From an uncultured Chitinophagaceae bacterium (GTDB lineage: Bacteria > Bacteroidota > Bacteroidia > Chitinophagales > Chitinophagaceae), in assembly GCA_964605065.1 (NCBI GenBank), contig CAZSAQ010000003.1, positions 234,210 to 298,209 on the forward strand: a DNA stretch of 64,000 nucleotides, in the 5' to 3' direction. Position numbers and translations under genes: made by a program. Positions 36,434-45,789 of the stretch are shown here, piece by piece. The stretch's first letter is position 1; every line of letters starts with the position of its first letter. The notes under the pieces are model-generated. The model was not told the DNA's origin. It did no database searches and saw only the letters and a list, made by a program, of their open reading frames with translations.

Positions 36434-37651
36434 ATGATTGGAAGAACCGCCAGGCTGTACAGAAATGCATACGAAGGACTTTCACCGGAAACCTGGTGGT
36501 TGTCACTGGTGATGCTGATCAACCGAAGCGGTACCATGGTCATTCCTTTCATGACGATCTACCTGACCAGTCCGAAAATGGGATACAGCATCGGACAGGC
36601 GGGTATCGTAATGGGTCTCTTTGGATTGGGCGCCGTAGCCGGTGCCAATATCAGCGGCCGGCTTACGGACAGGATCGGTTTTTATCCCATTCAGATCATT
36701 ACACTCGCTGGTGGTGGAATTTTGTTTATCCTGCTCGGGCAAATGAAGACTTATCCGCTCATCTGCCTGTTTACCTTTCTGCTCAGTTTTGTCAATGAAG
36801 CATTTCGTCCGGCCAATTCAACAGCCATCGCTTTTTACAGCAAAGAGAAAAATCGTACCAGATCCTATTCGCTGAACCGGCTGGCGATCAACCTGGGATG
36901 GGCGGTAGGCAATGCCATTGGCGGGCTGGTGGCCTCCTTCAATTACGAACTGTTGTTCTGGTTTGATGGTATTACTAATCTGGTAGCGGCATTCCTGATG
37001 TGGCGGCTGCTGTCACCCATCAATAATGGCAGATTGGAGAAAAAGAAGGAAGACAGCCATGCAGGTGAAAAGGCCTACCATGATAAAACCTATCTCTGGT
37101 TTACCTTCATGGTATTTCTGTTTGCCGTTTGTTTTTTTCAATTATTCACCAACCTCCCGGCCTATTACAGAAACGAGCTTTCTTTTTCGGAGCAGTTTAT
37201 CGGGTTGATAGGAGCGGTGAACGGGCTATTGATCGCAGTAATAGAAATGGTACTGATCTTCAAACTGGAAGGGAGAAGGGCGAATACCTACTTTATAATG
37301 AGGGGTACGGTATTGTGCGGATTGTCTTACCTGCTGATCGCGGTATTCCGGGTAGATCACTGGCTGGCCTTGGTGATGATACTGATGATGACAATAGGAG
37401 AGATCATCTCTATGCCATTTATGAATTCGTTCTGGATATCGCGCAGTTCGAACCACAACAGGGGCCAATATGCTGCCCTGTATACGGTAGCCTGGGCCGC
37501 TGCCCAAACCATCGGTCCGGTGGCAGGAGCGTTTCTGGCCGAAAAGCAAGGTTACACTACACTGTGGTGGACCATCGGGGCACTCATGCTGATTACCTCC
37601 ATCGGTTTTGCCTGGTTGCACCGGTATGTACATCATCAATCATTACAATGA
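36434..37651 (+). CDS. MFS transporter
   Basis: 12 predicted TM segments, typical MFS loops (GRLTDRIGF). Confidence 0.8.
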   Translation: MIGRTARLYRNAYEGLSPETWWLSLVMLINRSGTMVIPFMTIYLTSPKMGYSIGQAGIVMGLFGLGAVAGANISGRLTDRIGFYPIQIITLAGGGILFILLGQMKTYPLICLFTFLLSFVNEAFRPANSTAIAFYSKEKNRTRSYSLNRLAINLGWAVGNAIGGLVASFNYELLFWFDGITNLVAAFLMWRLLSPINNGRLEKKKEDSHAGEKAYHDKTYLWFTFMVFLFAVCFFQLFTNLPAYYRNELSFSEQFIGLIGAVNGLLIAVIEMVLIFKLEGRRANTYFIMRGTVLCGLSYLLIAVFRVDHWLALVMILMMTIGEIISMPFMNSFWISRSSNHNRGQYAALYTVAWAAAQTIGPVAGAFLAEKQGYTTLWWTIGALMLITSIGFAWLHRYVHHQSLQ

Positions 37652-37664
37652 TTTCAATAGAAGC

Positions 37665-38612
37665 ATGACTGAAGAATCCAAACAAATCATGTTCCGCAAT
37701 CGCCTGGTAAAAGTTTACCGGCATCTGCATAAACTGGCCCGCAAGCAGGGAATCAGTTGCTTTCGTCTGTACGACCGGGACCTGCCCGAATTTCCGCTGA
37801 TCCTGGAAGTGTACGACCAGTACGTATACGTAGCCGAATACAGGAGCAAGCATTCACTTTCCGAAGAAGAATACGAGCAATGGCTGGATGATTGCCTTCA
37901 GTCCATATCAGAGGTACTGCAGGTTGCCGCGGATCATATTTTTGTAAAACAACGACAACGCAAAACCGGCCGCGAAGGGCAGTACCAGAAATTCGGATCA
38001 GATCAGCATATCGCTATAGTGAAAGAGAACGGACTTTCCTTCAAAATAAACCTCTCTGATTATCTTGACACCGGATTGTTTCTGGATCACCGCCTCACCA
38101 GGAAACTGGTGATGGATCAGTCGTCCGGAATGAAAGTGCTGAACCTTTTCTGTTATACAGGCTCCTTCTCCGTATATGCCGCCGCGGGAGGCGCTGCCGA
38201 AGTACATTCGGTAGACCTGTCGAATACCTATCTGCAGTGGGCGAGAGAAAACTTTGAACTCAACCTGCTGAAGAGTGAGGGATATCATTTTATTCGGGCA
38301 GACGTGAAACAATACCTGGATGAATTGCCCACGGACTATTTCGACCTGGTTATTATGGATCCTCCCACTTTCAGTAACAGTAAAATGATGAAGGATTTTC
38401 TGGATATTCAGCGCGATCATGTGGAATTGCTGAACAAGGTACTCGCCGCCACCAAACGCGGAGGGAAAATTTACTTCAGCACCAACATGAGGAAGTTTGA
38501 AATCAACACGGATTCAATTCTTGCCGGCAGCATCAAAGATATTACCCGTGCCACCACGCCTTTCGATTTCCAGGGGAAGCTGCAGCGCTGGTGTTTTGAA
38601 ATCATTCGCTGA
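37665..38612 (+). CDS. Class I SAM-dependent rRNA methyltransferase (RlmI/RlmK-like, Methyltrans_SAM)
   Basis: VLNLFCYTGSFSVYAAAGGA...VIMDPPTFSNSK. Start MTEESKQ at 37665 is chosen because the track ORF overlaps the MFS gene. Confidence 0.75.
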   Translation: MTEESKQIMFRNRLVKVYRHLHKLARKQGISCFRLYDRDLPEFPLILEVYDQYVYVAEYRSKHSLSEEEYEQWLDDCLQSISEVLQVAADHIFVKQRQRKTGREGQYQKFGSDQHIAIVKENGLSFKINLSDYLDTGLFLDHRLTRKLVMDQSSGMKVLNLFCYTGSFSVYAAAGGAAEVHSVDLSNTYLQWARENFELNLLKSEGYHFIRADVKQYLDELPTDYFDLVIMDPPTFSNSKMMKDFLDIQRDHVELLNKVLAATKRGGKIYFSTNMRKFEINTDSILAGSIKDITRATTPFDFQGKLQRWCFEIIR

Positions 38613-38632
38613 ACCTGACAGATGGCGCGCAT

Positions 38633-38668
38633 AAAAAAAGCGAAGAGGCATACTCTTCGCTTTTTTTG
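38633..38668. terminator. Bidirectional intrinsic terminator at a convergent junction
   Basis: AAAAAAA-agcgaagag-gcata-ctcttcgct-TTTTTTT. Confidence 0.8.
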
Positions 38669-38687
38669 TTATCCTTAGACATTTGTA

Positions 38688-40241
38688 TTATCTGAACTGT
38701 GCATCCAGAGGAATATCACGCTTCAGCATATCCGTACGATTGGCCATTTCCCAGGCGGTGTAAAATACCAGTTGGGCTCTTTTTGCCATCTGAACGTAAT
38801 CGATTTTATCAGGAGTATCTGTCGGACGGTGATAATCGTTGTGGGTTCCATTGAAATAGAAAATAATAGGAACTCCTTTGCGTGCGAAATTGAAATGGTC
38901 GCTGCGGTAGTAAATACGCTCTGTATCTTTCGGATCATTGTATTTGTAATCCAGTTCGAGCTTGGTGTATTTTTTATTAATGGATTCGCTGATGGGCTTG
39001 AGGTCGGAGCTGAGTTTATCGTCGCCCACTACATATACGTAGTTTGTAGAATCTCCTTTTCTTTTGGGGTCGATGCGACCGATCATATCGATATTGAGAT
39101 CCGCAGTTGTTTTATCGAGCGGGTAAGTAGGATGATCACCATAATAGGCAGATCCCCATAGGCCCTTTTCTTCTCCGCTAACTGTGATGAAGATGATGCT
39201 TCTGCGGGGGCCTTTGCCGGCAGCTTTTGCTTTTACGAATGCTTCGGCAATATCCAATACCCCTGTAGTGCCTGATCCATCGTCATCGGCGCCGTAATAG
39301 ATTACGCTGTCCCTTTTACCCAGGTGATCGTAATGCGCGCTGATCACGAGGTATTCATCTTTCAGGTCTGTTCCTTCGAGAAATCCGATTACGTTGCTGC
39401 TTTGAAGCCTGATGACAGTCTTCATCAGCTCAAGCTGAACATTGGCCTGGTAAGATTTTCCGGTAGGGTTTCCGGCTTTCATGGCCGCTTTGGCAGCGGT
39501 ATAGTCATCGCCCATAATGGCCATGGCAACCTGCTCGGAAATGGCAAAGCTATTGGGGTAATTGGTTCTCTTGAATCCGTTTACTGTCTGGTTGCCGCGG
39601 GTTGGTCCGGAGCGGCGGGGGAAATTTTCCTGTACTACCAGCACGGCAGCAGCGCCATTTTTGGCGGCGGCATCTTGCTGGGCAAATGGGCTGAAGCCTA
39701 CCCGTGTACGGCCGTTGCCACTATTGTTGGCGGCATTGGCGCTGGGAGGAGAGCCTGCCAGGATCAGTACAATCTTGCCCCTCGTGTTTAAACCTTTGTA
39801 ATCGTCGCGGGTGGAATCACTGATGCCATATCCTACAAAAACTACTTCACTGGCCAGCAGGCTGGCGCTATAACTGCTGCCGAGGTTAACGGCATAGTCT
39901 TTATTGATGTCGAATTTCTTTCCATTTACTTCCAGTGCGGAACTGACCAGCGAATCCTGGAATACCGGATAATATTGCTGGTAGTCGCCATTGTTTCCGG
40001 GGGCCAGGCCGAGCGATTTGAAATGATTCTCGATGTAAGCGGCGGCGCGGCGTTGACCTTCAGTCGCTGTTTCCCGGCCCTGCATCTCGGCGCTGGCAAC
40101 GATGTACAGGTGCTTTTTAAGATCTTCGGGAGTGATCGTTTTGGCAAAGGGAACAGGGTCGGGAATTTTAGGAGCCTTACCCTTTTGGGCGAAACCTTGA
40201 ATGCCCGCGAGGAATAAAATGACCGTTAAAAATTTTCTCAT
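38688..40241 (-). CDS. M28-family aminopeptidase with PA domain (secreted)
   Basis: Signal peptide MRKFLTVILFLAGIQGFAQ. HYDHLG and GADDDGSG are M28 zinc-ligand motifs. Confidence 0.85.
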   Translation of the reverse strand: MRKFLTVILFLAGIQGFAQKGKAPKIPDPVPFAKTITPEDLKKHLYIVASAEMQGRETATEGQRRAAAYIENHFKSLGLAPGNNGDYQQYYPVFQDSLVSSALEVNGKKFDINKDYAVNLGSSYSASLLASEVVFVGYGISDSTRDDYKGLNTRGKIVLILAGSPPSANAANNSGNGRTRVGFSPFAQQDAAAKNGAAAVLVVQENFPRRSGPTRGNQTVNGFKRTNYPNSFAISEQVAMAIMGDDYTAAKAAMKAGNPTGKSYQANVQLELMKTVIRLQSSNVIGFLEGTDLKDEYLVISAHYDHLGKRDSVIYYGADDDGSGTTGVLDIAEAFVKAKAAGKGPRRSIIFITVSGEEKGLWGSAYYGDHPTYPLDKTTADLNIDMIGRIDPKRKGDSTNYVYVVGDDKLSSDLKPISESINKKYTKLELDYKYNDPKDTERIYYRSDHFNFARKGVPIIFYFNGTHNDYHRPTDTPDKIDYVQMAKRAQLVFYTAWEMANRTDMLKRDIPLDAQFR

Positions 40242-40370
40242 ATGTCTATTTTGGGTGAAGATAAATAAATGTACGTTCGGAAGAAGCATGCCGGCAATTT
40301 CGTGATGAATGGCGGGTAGAAAGGATTTGCGGGGAGAGGTTAAAAATAGAAGGGCGCAGAATTTAAAGAG

Positions 40371-40550
40371 CCGTAAACCTCAAACAGTAAACAGCAAACT
40401 GTAATCCCTCGATTATGCCATCGCCGTAGAGGAACGCAAAGATCAAAAACCGGTCAACGTCTTTTAGGCATGGACAATAAACAAACCGTAAACCACAAAC
40501 TGTAAACCTCAAACCTCAAACAGTAAACAGCAAACGCCAAAACCAAACCT
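40371..40550. repeat. Heptamer-periodic element, copy B (direct-repeat variant)
   Basis: Two same-orientation AAAC-type arms (ccgtaaa cctcaaa cagtaaa cagcaaa ctgtaa ... aaacaaa ccgtaaa ccacaaa ctgtaaa cctcaaa cctcaaa cagtaaa cagcaaa cgccaaa accaaacc). They share an exact 25-mer aaacctcaaacagtaaacagcaaac around a 74-bp spacer. Confidence 0.85.
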
Positions 40551-40552
40551 TC

Positions 40553-42442
40553 CTATTCCGCCCACTCGCTTAGCTCCAACCACCTCATTTCTTTTTCGTC
40601 CAGTTGGCTGGTAACTTCCATGATCCTGGTGGAAAGTGACTGGAGATGTTCATAGGAAGCATTGCTATTATTGAGCTCCTCGGTAATTTTCGTTTTTTCC
40701 GCTGTCAGTTGCTCGATCTCTTTGCTGAGCAGGTCAAACTCTCTTTTTTCTTTAAATGAAAGCCGGCGTTTTGCTTCCTGTTTGGGAGTTGCTTCGGTGC
40801 TATTGCTGACCTGGCGGGCTGCCATCACGCTTTCGGCTTCAGACAGTTCCTGTTCGCGTTGCCAGATCCGGTATTGACTGTAGTTGCCGGGAAAATCCCT
40901 GATCATCCCGTTGCCTTCGAATACAAGCAAATGATCCACCAGCCTGTCCATGAAATATCGGTCGTGAGAAACAATGAGCAGGCAACCCTGGAATTCGCTC
41001 AAAAAATTTTCCAGTACGGCCAGTGTCGGCAGATCGAGATCATTGGTGGGTTCGTCGAGGATCAGAAAATTGGGATTGCGGAATAATATGGATAGAAGAT
41101 GGAGTCTTCTTTTTTCTCCGCCGCTCAGCTTACTGATATAGGTGTATTGTTTATCGGGATCAAACAGGAAAAGTTGCAGGAACTGAGCGGCACTGAGTGA
41201 TCCGCCACTGACAAGAGGAAAATTTTCAGCGATGTTCTTTACAAATTCGATCACCCGCATATCCTCTTTCCACTGCAATCCCTGCTGGGAGTAATTGCCG
41301 AACACTACCGTATCACCCACGTTTATTTTTCCGCTGTCGGCTTCTTCCAGTTGCTGGATGATATTGATAAAAGTCGATTTGCCCACCCCATTGGGGCCAA
41401 CGATCCCCACTCTTTCGCCTTTTTTGAAAGTGTAATCGAAGCCTTTCATAATTACCTTATCACCATAAACCTTATATACTTTTTTCAATTCCAGGATCTT
41501 TCCGCCGAGGCGGTTCATTTTCATATCGAGTTGCAGTTTCTCTTCCGCAATTTTCTGTTTGGCGACCTTTTCTATTTCATAAAAATTATCCTGCCGGCTC
41601 TTGCTTTTGGTAGTTCTGGCCCTGGGTTGCTTTCGCATCCATTCGAGTTCTTTGCGGTAGGTGTTCCTGGCCTTGTCGATGGTAGCGGCTTCGCTCTCCT
41701 GGCGGGCAGCTTTTTTCTCGAGATAATTTTCATAGTCGCCTTTATATACATAGAGGCTGCTCCGGTCAAGTTCCCAGATTTCTTCGCACACGGCATCGAG
41801 AAAATATCTGTCGTGGGTAACCAGCAGCAGGGTGATGCGTTCCTGGTTCAGGTAGTGCTCCAGCCATTCCACCATACCCACATCGAGATGGTTGGTGGGT
41901 TCGTCCATGATCAGCAAAACATGTTTGTGTTCAAAGCCGATGTCTATAAGGGTTTTGGCGAGCGCAACTCTCTTGCGTTGACCTCCGCTGAGTGTATTGA
42001 CGGCCTGGTGTAATTGGTGAATATTGAGTTTGCCCAGGATTTGTTTAACCTTGGCATCAAAGTCCCAGGCGCCCAGTTCATCCATTCGGATGATGGCGGC
42101 CTGGATGGCGGGCTCGTTGTCCGAATCGCAGGCATCCTCGTATTTTTTAATGGCCTCGATAAACGGATTCTGGTGATGGAAAATATTATCCAGCACGGAT
42201 TGACTTTCGTTAAAATGCGGTTCCTGTTCGAAAAGGGCCACCGTCACATCTTTGTTGATCCATACCTTGCCTTCATCGGCAGGTTCAGTGCCGGCCAGGA
42301 TCTTCAGCAGGGTTGATTTGCCGGATCCGTTCCTGGCCACCAGGGCGATCTTGTCGCCTTCTTCTATATGGAATGTAATACCTGAGAACAGCGGCTGTAT
42401 GCCATACGACTTGCCCAGACCTTCTACCGAAACATAATGCAT
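40553..42442 (-). CDS. ABC-F family ATPase (two ABC cassettes + C-terminal coiled-coil extension, Uup/EttA-like)
   Basis: Two Walker A motifs (ARNGSGKST, GPNGVGKST), LSGG signatures and a C-terminal coiled coil. No TMD. Confidence 0.9.
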   Translation of the reverse strand: MHYVSVEGLGKSYGIQPLFSGITFHIEEGDKIALVARNGSGKSTLLKILAGTEPADEGKVWINKDVTVALFEQEPHFNESQSVLDNIFHHQNPFIEAIKKYEDACDSDNEPAIQAAIIRMDELGAWDFDAKVKQILGKLNIHQLHQAVNTLSGGQRKRVALAKTLIDIGFEHKHVLLIMDEPTNHLDVGMVEWLEHYLNQERITLLLVTHDRYFLDAVCEEIWELDRSSLYVYKGDYENYLEKKAARQESEAATIDKARNTYRKELEWMRKQPRARTTKSKSRQDNFYEIEKVAKQKIAEEKLQLDMKMNRLGGKILELKKVYKVYGDKVIMKGFDYTFKKGERVGIVGPNGVGKSTFINIIQQLEEADSGKINVGDTVVFGNYSQQGLQWKEDMRVIEFVKNIAENFPLVSGGSLSAAQFLQLFLFDPDKQYTYISKLSGGEKRRLHLLSILFRNPNFLILDEPTNDLDLPTLAVLENFLSEFQGCLLIVSHDRYFMDRLVDHLLVFEGNGMIRDFPGNYSQYRIWQREQELSEAESVMAARQVSNSTEATPKQEAKRRLSFKEKREFDLLSKEIEQLTAEKTKITEELNNSNASYEHLQSLSTRIMEVTSQLDEKEMRWLELSEWAE

Positions 42443-42524
42443 GCGGCAAAGATATTATTTCGTAACCGTGAATTTCTTTTTGGAATCCTTTCAATTCGGT
42501 GTAACTTTTTTAAAATTTCAGATC

Positions 42525-42995
42525 ATGGCAAGTTTTCAGTTGGAGGTCAATAATAAGAGCGTAACGGTGGACGCGGAACCGGATATGCCGCTGCTCTGGG
42601 TGTTAAGAGACATCCTGGATCTCACGGGAACCAAATACGGTTGTGGCGTCAATACCTGCGGCGCCTGCACCGTTCTCATCAACAAACGGGCTGTCCGCTC
42701 ATGCCAGATCAGCATTCAGTCCTGCCAGGGCCAGTCGGTTACCACTATCGAAGGGTTGTCTGCCGACGGATCGCATCCGATCCAGCAGGCCTGGGAAAAA
42801 GTTGGGGTTCCGCAGTGTGGTTATTGTCAGCCCGGGCAAATGATGACGCTGGCGGGTTTACTGAATCAAAACCAGAAGCCAACTCCCGAACAGGTCAGTG
42901 CAGTGATGAGCCAGAATCTTTGCCGTTGCGGCACCTATCACCGAATAGAAAAGGCCATTGGCGAAGCCATTGCCACATACCATCAACAATCCTGA
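42525..42995 (+). CDS. (2Fe-2S)-binding small subunit of a xanthine-dehydrogenase-family molybdoenzyme (IorA/aldehyde oxidoreductase small subunit-like)
   Basis: GCGVNTCGACTV...CQPGQMM...CRCGTY are two [2Fe-2S] motifs. Confidence 0.85.
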   Translation: MASFQLEVNNKSVTVDAEPDMPLLWVLRDILDLTGTKYGCGVNTCGACTVLINKRAVRSCQISIQSCQGQSVTTIEGLSADGSHPIQQAWEKVGVPQCGYCQPGQMMTLAGLLNQNQKPTPEQVSAVMSQNLCRCGTYHRIEKAIGEAIATYHQQS

Positions 42996-43008
42996 TAAAT
43001 CAACTGTC

Positions 43009-45225
43009 ATGAAAAAAATCTCGATCGATCGCAGACGATTCCTGAAAATGGGTACACTGGCAGGTGGCAGCCTGGTGCTGGGATTTGTGTTGCCGGGAAG
43101 CAAAGCAATGGCATCGCCAGGTGCGGATTGTGAATATTTTCAACCCAATGCCATCTTGCGTATCGACAAAGCCGGTAACATCACCATTTACGTGGGTCGG
43201 CAGGAAATGGGACAGGGCGTCAACACTTCATTACCGATGATCGTGGCCGATGAGATGGATGCTGATTGGAAAAAAGTGAAAGCCGCGATCGCTCCCTTCG
43301 GTTCTTTACCGAATGGTGCGCATGATACCGGGGGCAGTCAAAGCGTATTGACAGACTTCAACGAGTTGAGAAAAGCGGGAGCCGTAGCGAAAGCCATGCT
43401 GATCGCTGCCGCTGCCAAACAATGGAATGTGAGTCCTGATAAATGTGCTGCGGACAATGGAACGGTGGTCAACACAGTTAATATGCGCACCATTGGATTC
43501 GGAGAACTGGTGTGCGAAGCGGCGGCCCTGCCGGTTCCCAAAGAAGTAACCCTGAAAAGCCCGAAAGATTTTAAACTGATCGGTAAAGAACAGAAAAAAT
43601 CAAACCTGAAAGATATCCTGATGGGCAAGGCCAAATACGGCATGGACCTGAAGGTGCCCGGAATGCTGTATGCCTCTGTTGAAAGATGCCCGGTAATGAA
43701 TGGCAAACTGGTCAGCGTGGATGACAGCGCTGCCAAAACCGTTCCCGGTTATATCCGTTTTGTTACCTATACGGGAACGGGAAAGCCGATGCATGTCCGA
43801 GACGGAGTAGCCGTTATTGCCAGCAATATCTGGTCAGCCATGAAGGCAAGAAAGCTTCTTGTCATCAAGTGGGAGGAAGGCGCAGAAAACAAACAGAACA
43901 CCACTGCCTTGTTCCAGCAAATGGCGGCCAGGTCAAAACAGAAACCTGCGATAGAAAAATACAAGAAGGGAAACAAAATACCCTCGGTGTTGCAGCCGGC
44001 TACGTCGCATACGGCCGAATATGCCCAGCCCTTCCTGGCGCATGCAACCATGGAACCCATCAATTTCATCGCCTCCGTAGAGGGAGACAAGTGTGAAATG
44101 TGGGGAGGGCTGCAACTTCCCGACTGGGCGGTGAACCAGGTAGCGGCAGACTGCGGGCTGAAAAAGGAAAATATCAAAGTAAACCTGTCACTGATCGGCG
44201 GAGGGTTCGGAAGAAGGCTGCATTTCGAATTCGCGATAGAAGCGGTAAAAATATCGCAGCAGCTGGGCAAACCGGTGAAAGTCGTCTGGGACAGAACCGA
44301 TGATATCCGGTTTGAAAACTACCGGCCGGCCAACTACCACCGGCTGCAGGCTGCCTGGGATGCAAAGGGAAAATTAAATGACTGGTACCATCATGTTTTG
44401 TCGACGTCCATTGCAGTTACCATCGATGGTCCCGAAACCAAAGACCCTTCCGAGAATCTCGGCGGGGCCACCAACGATTTTTATTATGATGTGCCCAATG
44501 TGACCACCGGGTTTACACATGTTGATTTTAACCTGAATCGTGGGTGGCTGCGTTCAGTGGAAATTTGCATGAACTGCTTTCCCATCGAATCTTTTATCGA
44601 TGAAGTTGCCAGGAAACAAAAGAAAGACCCGCTTCAATACCGGTTGGCACTACTGGAAAATCGCCCGGTGTTTACTACCGGCGATGGCCCGGGAGCGATG
44701 AAACAGTATCCGCAAAGGATTGCCAATGTACTGAAGCTGGCAGCGGAAAAAATCGGCTACGATCAGCCCAGGAAGAAAAATCATTACATAGGAGTAGCTA
44801 CCCATTCTTTTATTTTCGCAAAATCTTATGCGGCACATGCCATAGAGATTGAGCTGACAGGCCCGAAAAGTTTTAAGATCAAAAGAATCGTTGCGGCTAT
44901 CGACTGCGGCATCGTGATTAATCCGGACGGATTGAAAAACCAGATGGAGGGAGGCATTGCTTTTGCCCTTCAGCAGGCGCTCAAGGGAGAGATCACCGTT
45001 CAGAACAGCCGGGTGGTACAAGACGGATTTCGTACGTATGAGTTGCTGCGTTTCGCCGAAATGCCGCCAGTTGAAATACATATGGTGCCCAGCGAAGAAG
45101 ATCCAGGTGGAGTGGGAGAGGTGGGCTTGCCTACCGTGGCGCCTGCCTTGTGCAATGCGTTGGCTGCGGCGGGTCACCGTGTCAGAAAACTTCCCCTGAA
45201 ATCGGAAGGCTGGACCTGGTCCTGA
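43009..45225 (+). CDS. Molybdopterin-binding large subunit (IorB/aldehyde oxidoreductase-like) with Tat signal
   Basis: MKKISIDRRRFLKMGTLAGGSLVLG is a twin-arginine signal. It follows the small subunit by 13 nt. Confidence 0.85.
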   Translation: MKKISIDRRRFLKMGTLAGGSLVLGFVLPGSKAMASPGADCEYFQPNAILRIDKAGNITIYVGRQEMGQGVNTSLPMIVADEMDADWKKVKAAIAPFGSLPNGAHDTGGSQSVLTDFNELRKAGAVAKAMLIAAAAKQWNVSPDKCAADNGTVVNTVNMRTIGFGELVCEAAALPVPKEVTLKSPKDFKLIGKEQKKSNLKDILMGKAKYGMDLKVPGMLYASVERCPVMNGKLVSVDDSAAKTVPGYIRFVTYTGTGKPMHVRDGVAVIASNIWSAMKARKLLVIKWEEGAENKQNTTALFQQMAARSKQKPAIEKYKKGNKIPSVLQPATSHTAEYAQPFLAHATMEPINFIASVEGDKCEMWGGLQLPDWAVNQVAADCGLKKENIKVNLSLIGGGFGRRLHFEFAIEAVKISQQLGKPVKVVWDRTDDIRFENYRPANYHRLQAAWDAKGKLNDWYHHVLSTSIAVTIDGPETKDPSENLGGATNDFYYDVPNVTTGFTHVDFNLNRGWLRSVEICMNCFPIESFIDEVARKQKKDPLQYRLALLENRPVFTTGDGPGAMKQYPQRIANVLKLAAEKIGYDQPRKKNHYIGVATHSFIFAKSYAAHAIEIELTGPKSFKIKRIVAAIDCGIVINPDGLKNQMEGGIAFALQQALKGEITVQNSRVVQDGFRTYELLRFAEMPPVEIHMVPSEEDPGGVGEVGLPTVAPALCNALAAAGHRVRKLPLKSEGWTWS

Positions 45226-45229
45226 TCCA

Positions 45230-45787
45230 TTAATTCTTCCACTTGATATTGCAACCGATGCTGGGTTTCTGCAATCCGGTAACCGGCCGGCCGGCAAGGA
45301 TGCTTTCCAGTGCTTCTCGTATGTCCATGCCAGTTACAGGGATGTCATTTCCCGGCCGGGAATCATCGAGCTGACCCCGATAGGCCAGTTTCAGGTTCTT
45401 GTCGAATACGAAAAAATCAGGCGTGCAGGCAGCCTGGTAAGCCCTGGCCGTTTCCTGCGTTTCATCGTACAAATACGGAAACGGATATTCCAGTTTTAGT
45501 GCGGTAGTTTTCATGGCCTCAGGACCATCGTCGGGATACTGAACCGCATCGTTGGAGCTGATGGCGATAAATCCGACTCCCCGATCCTGGTAGTCCTTTG
45601 CCAACTGCAGAAGCGCCGGGTTGACGTGCTTGACAAACGGACAATGATTGCAGATGAATGCAATGACAGTGGCACTACTGCCCTTCAGGTCTGATAGTGA
45701 TTTCTGATCGCCACTAATCACATCCGGCAGTTGAAATGCAGGTGCCATTGTTTGCAGCGGGATCATGTTGGAGGGTGTTCTGGCCAT
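45230..45787 (-). CDS. Thioredoxin-fold (AhpC/TSA-like) protein
   Basis: CNHCPFV is a CxxC-like active site. About 185 aa. Confidence 0.75.
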   Translation of the reverse strand: MARTPSNMIPLQTMAPAFQLPDVISGDQKSLSDLKGSSATVIAFICNHCPFVKHVNPALLQLAKDYQDRGVGFIAISSNDAVQYPDDGPEAMKTTALKLEYPFPYLYDETQETARAYQAACTPDFFVFDKNLKLAYRGQLDDSRPGNDIPVTGMDIREALESILAGRPVTGLQKPSIGCNIKWKN

Positions 45788-45789
45788 GT

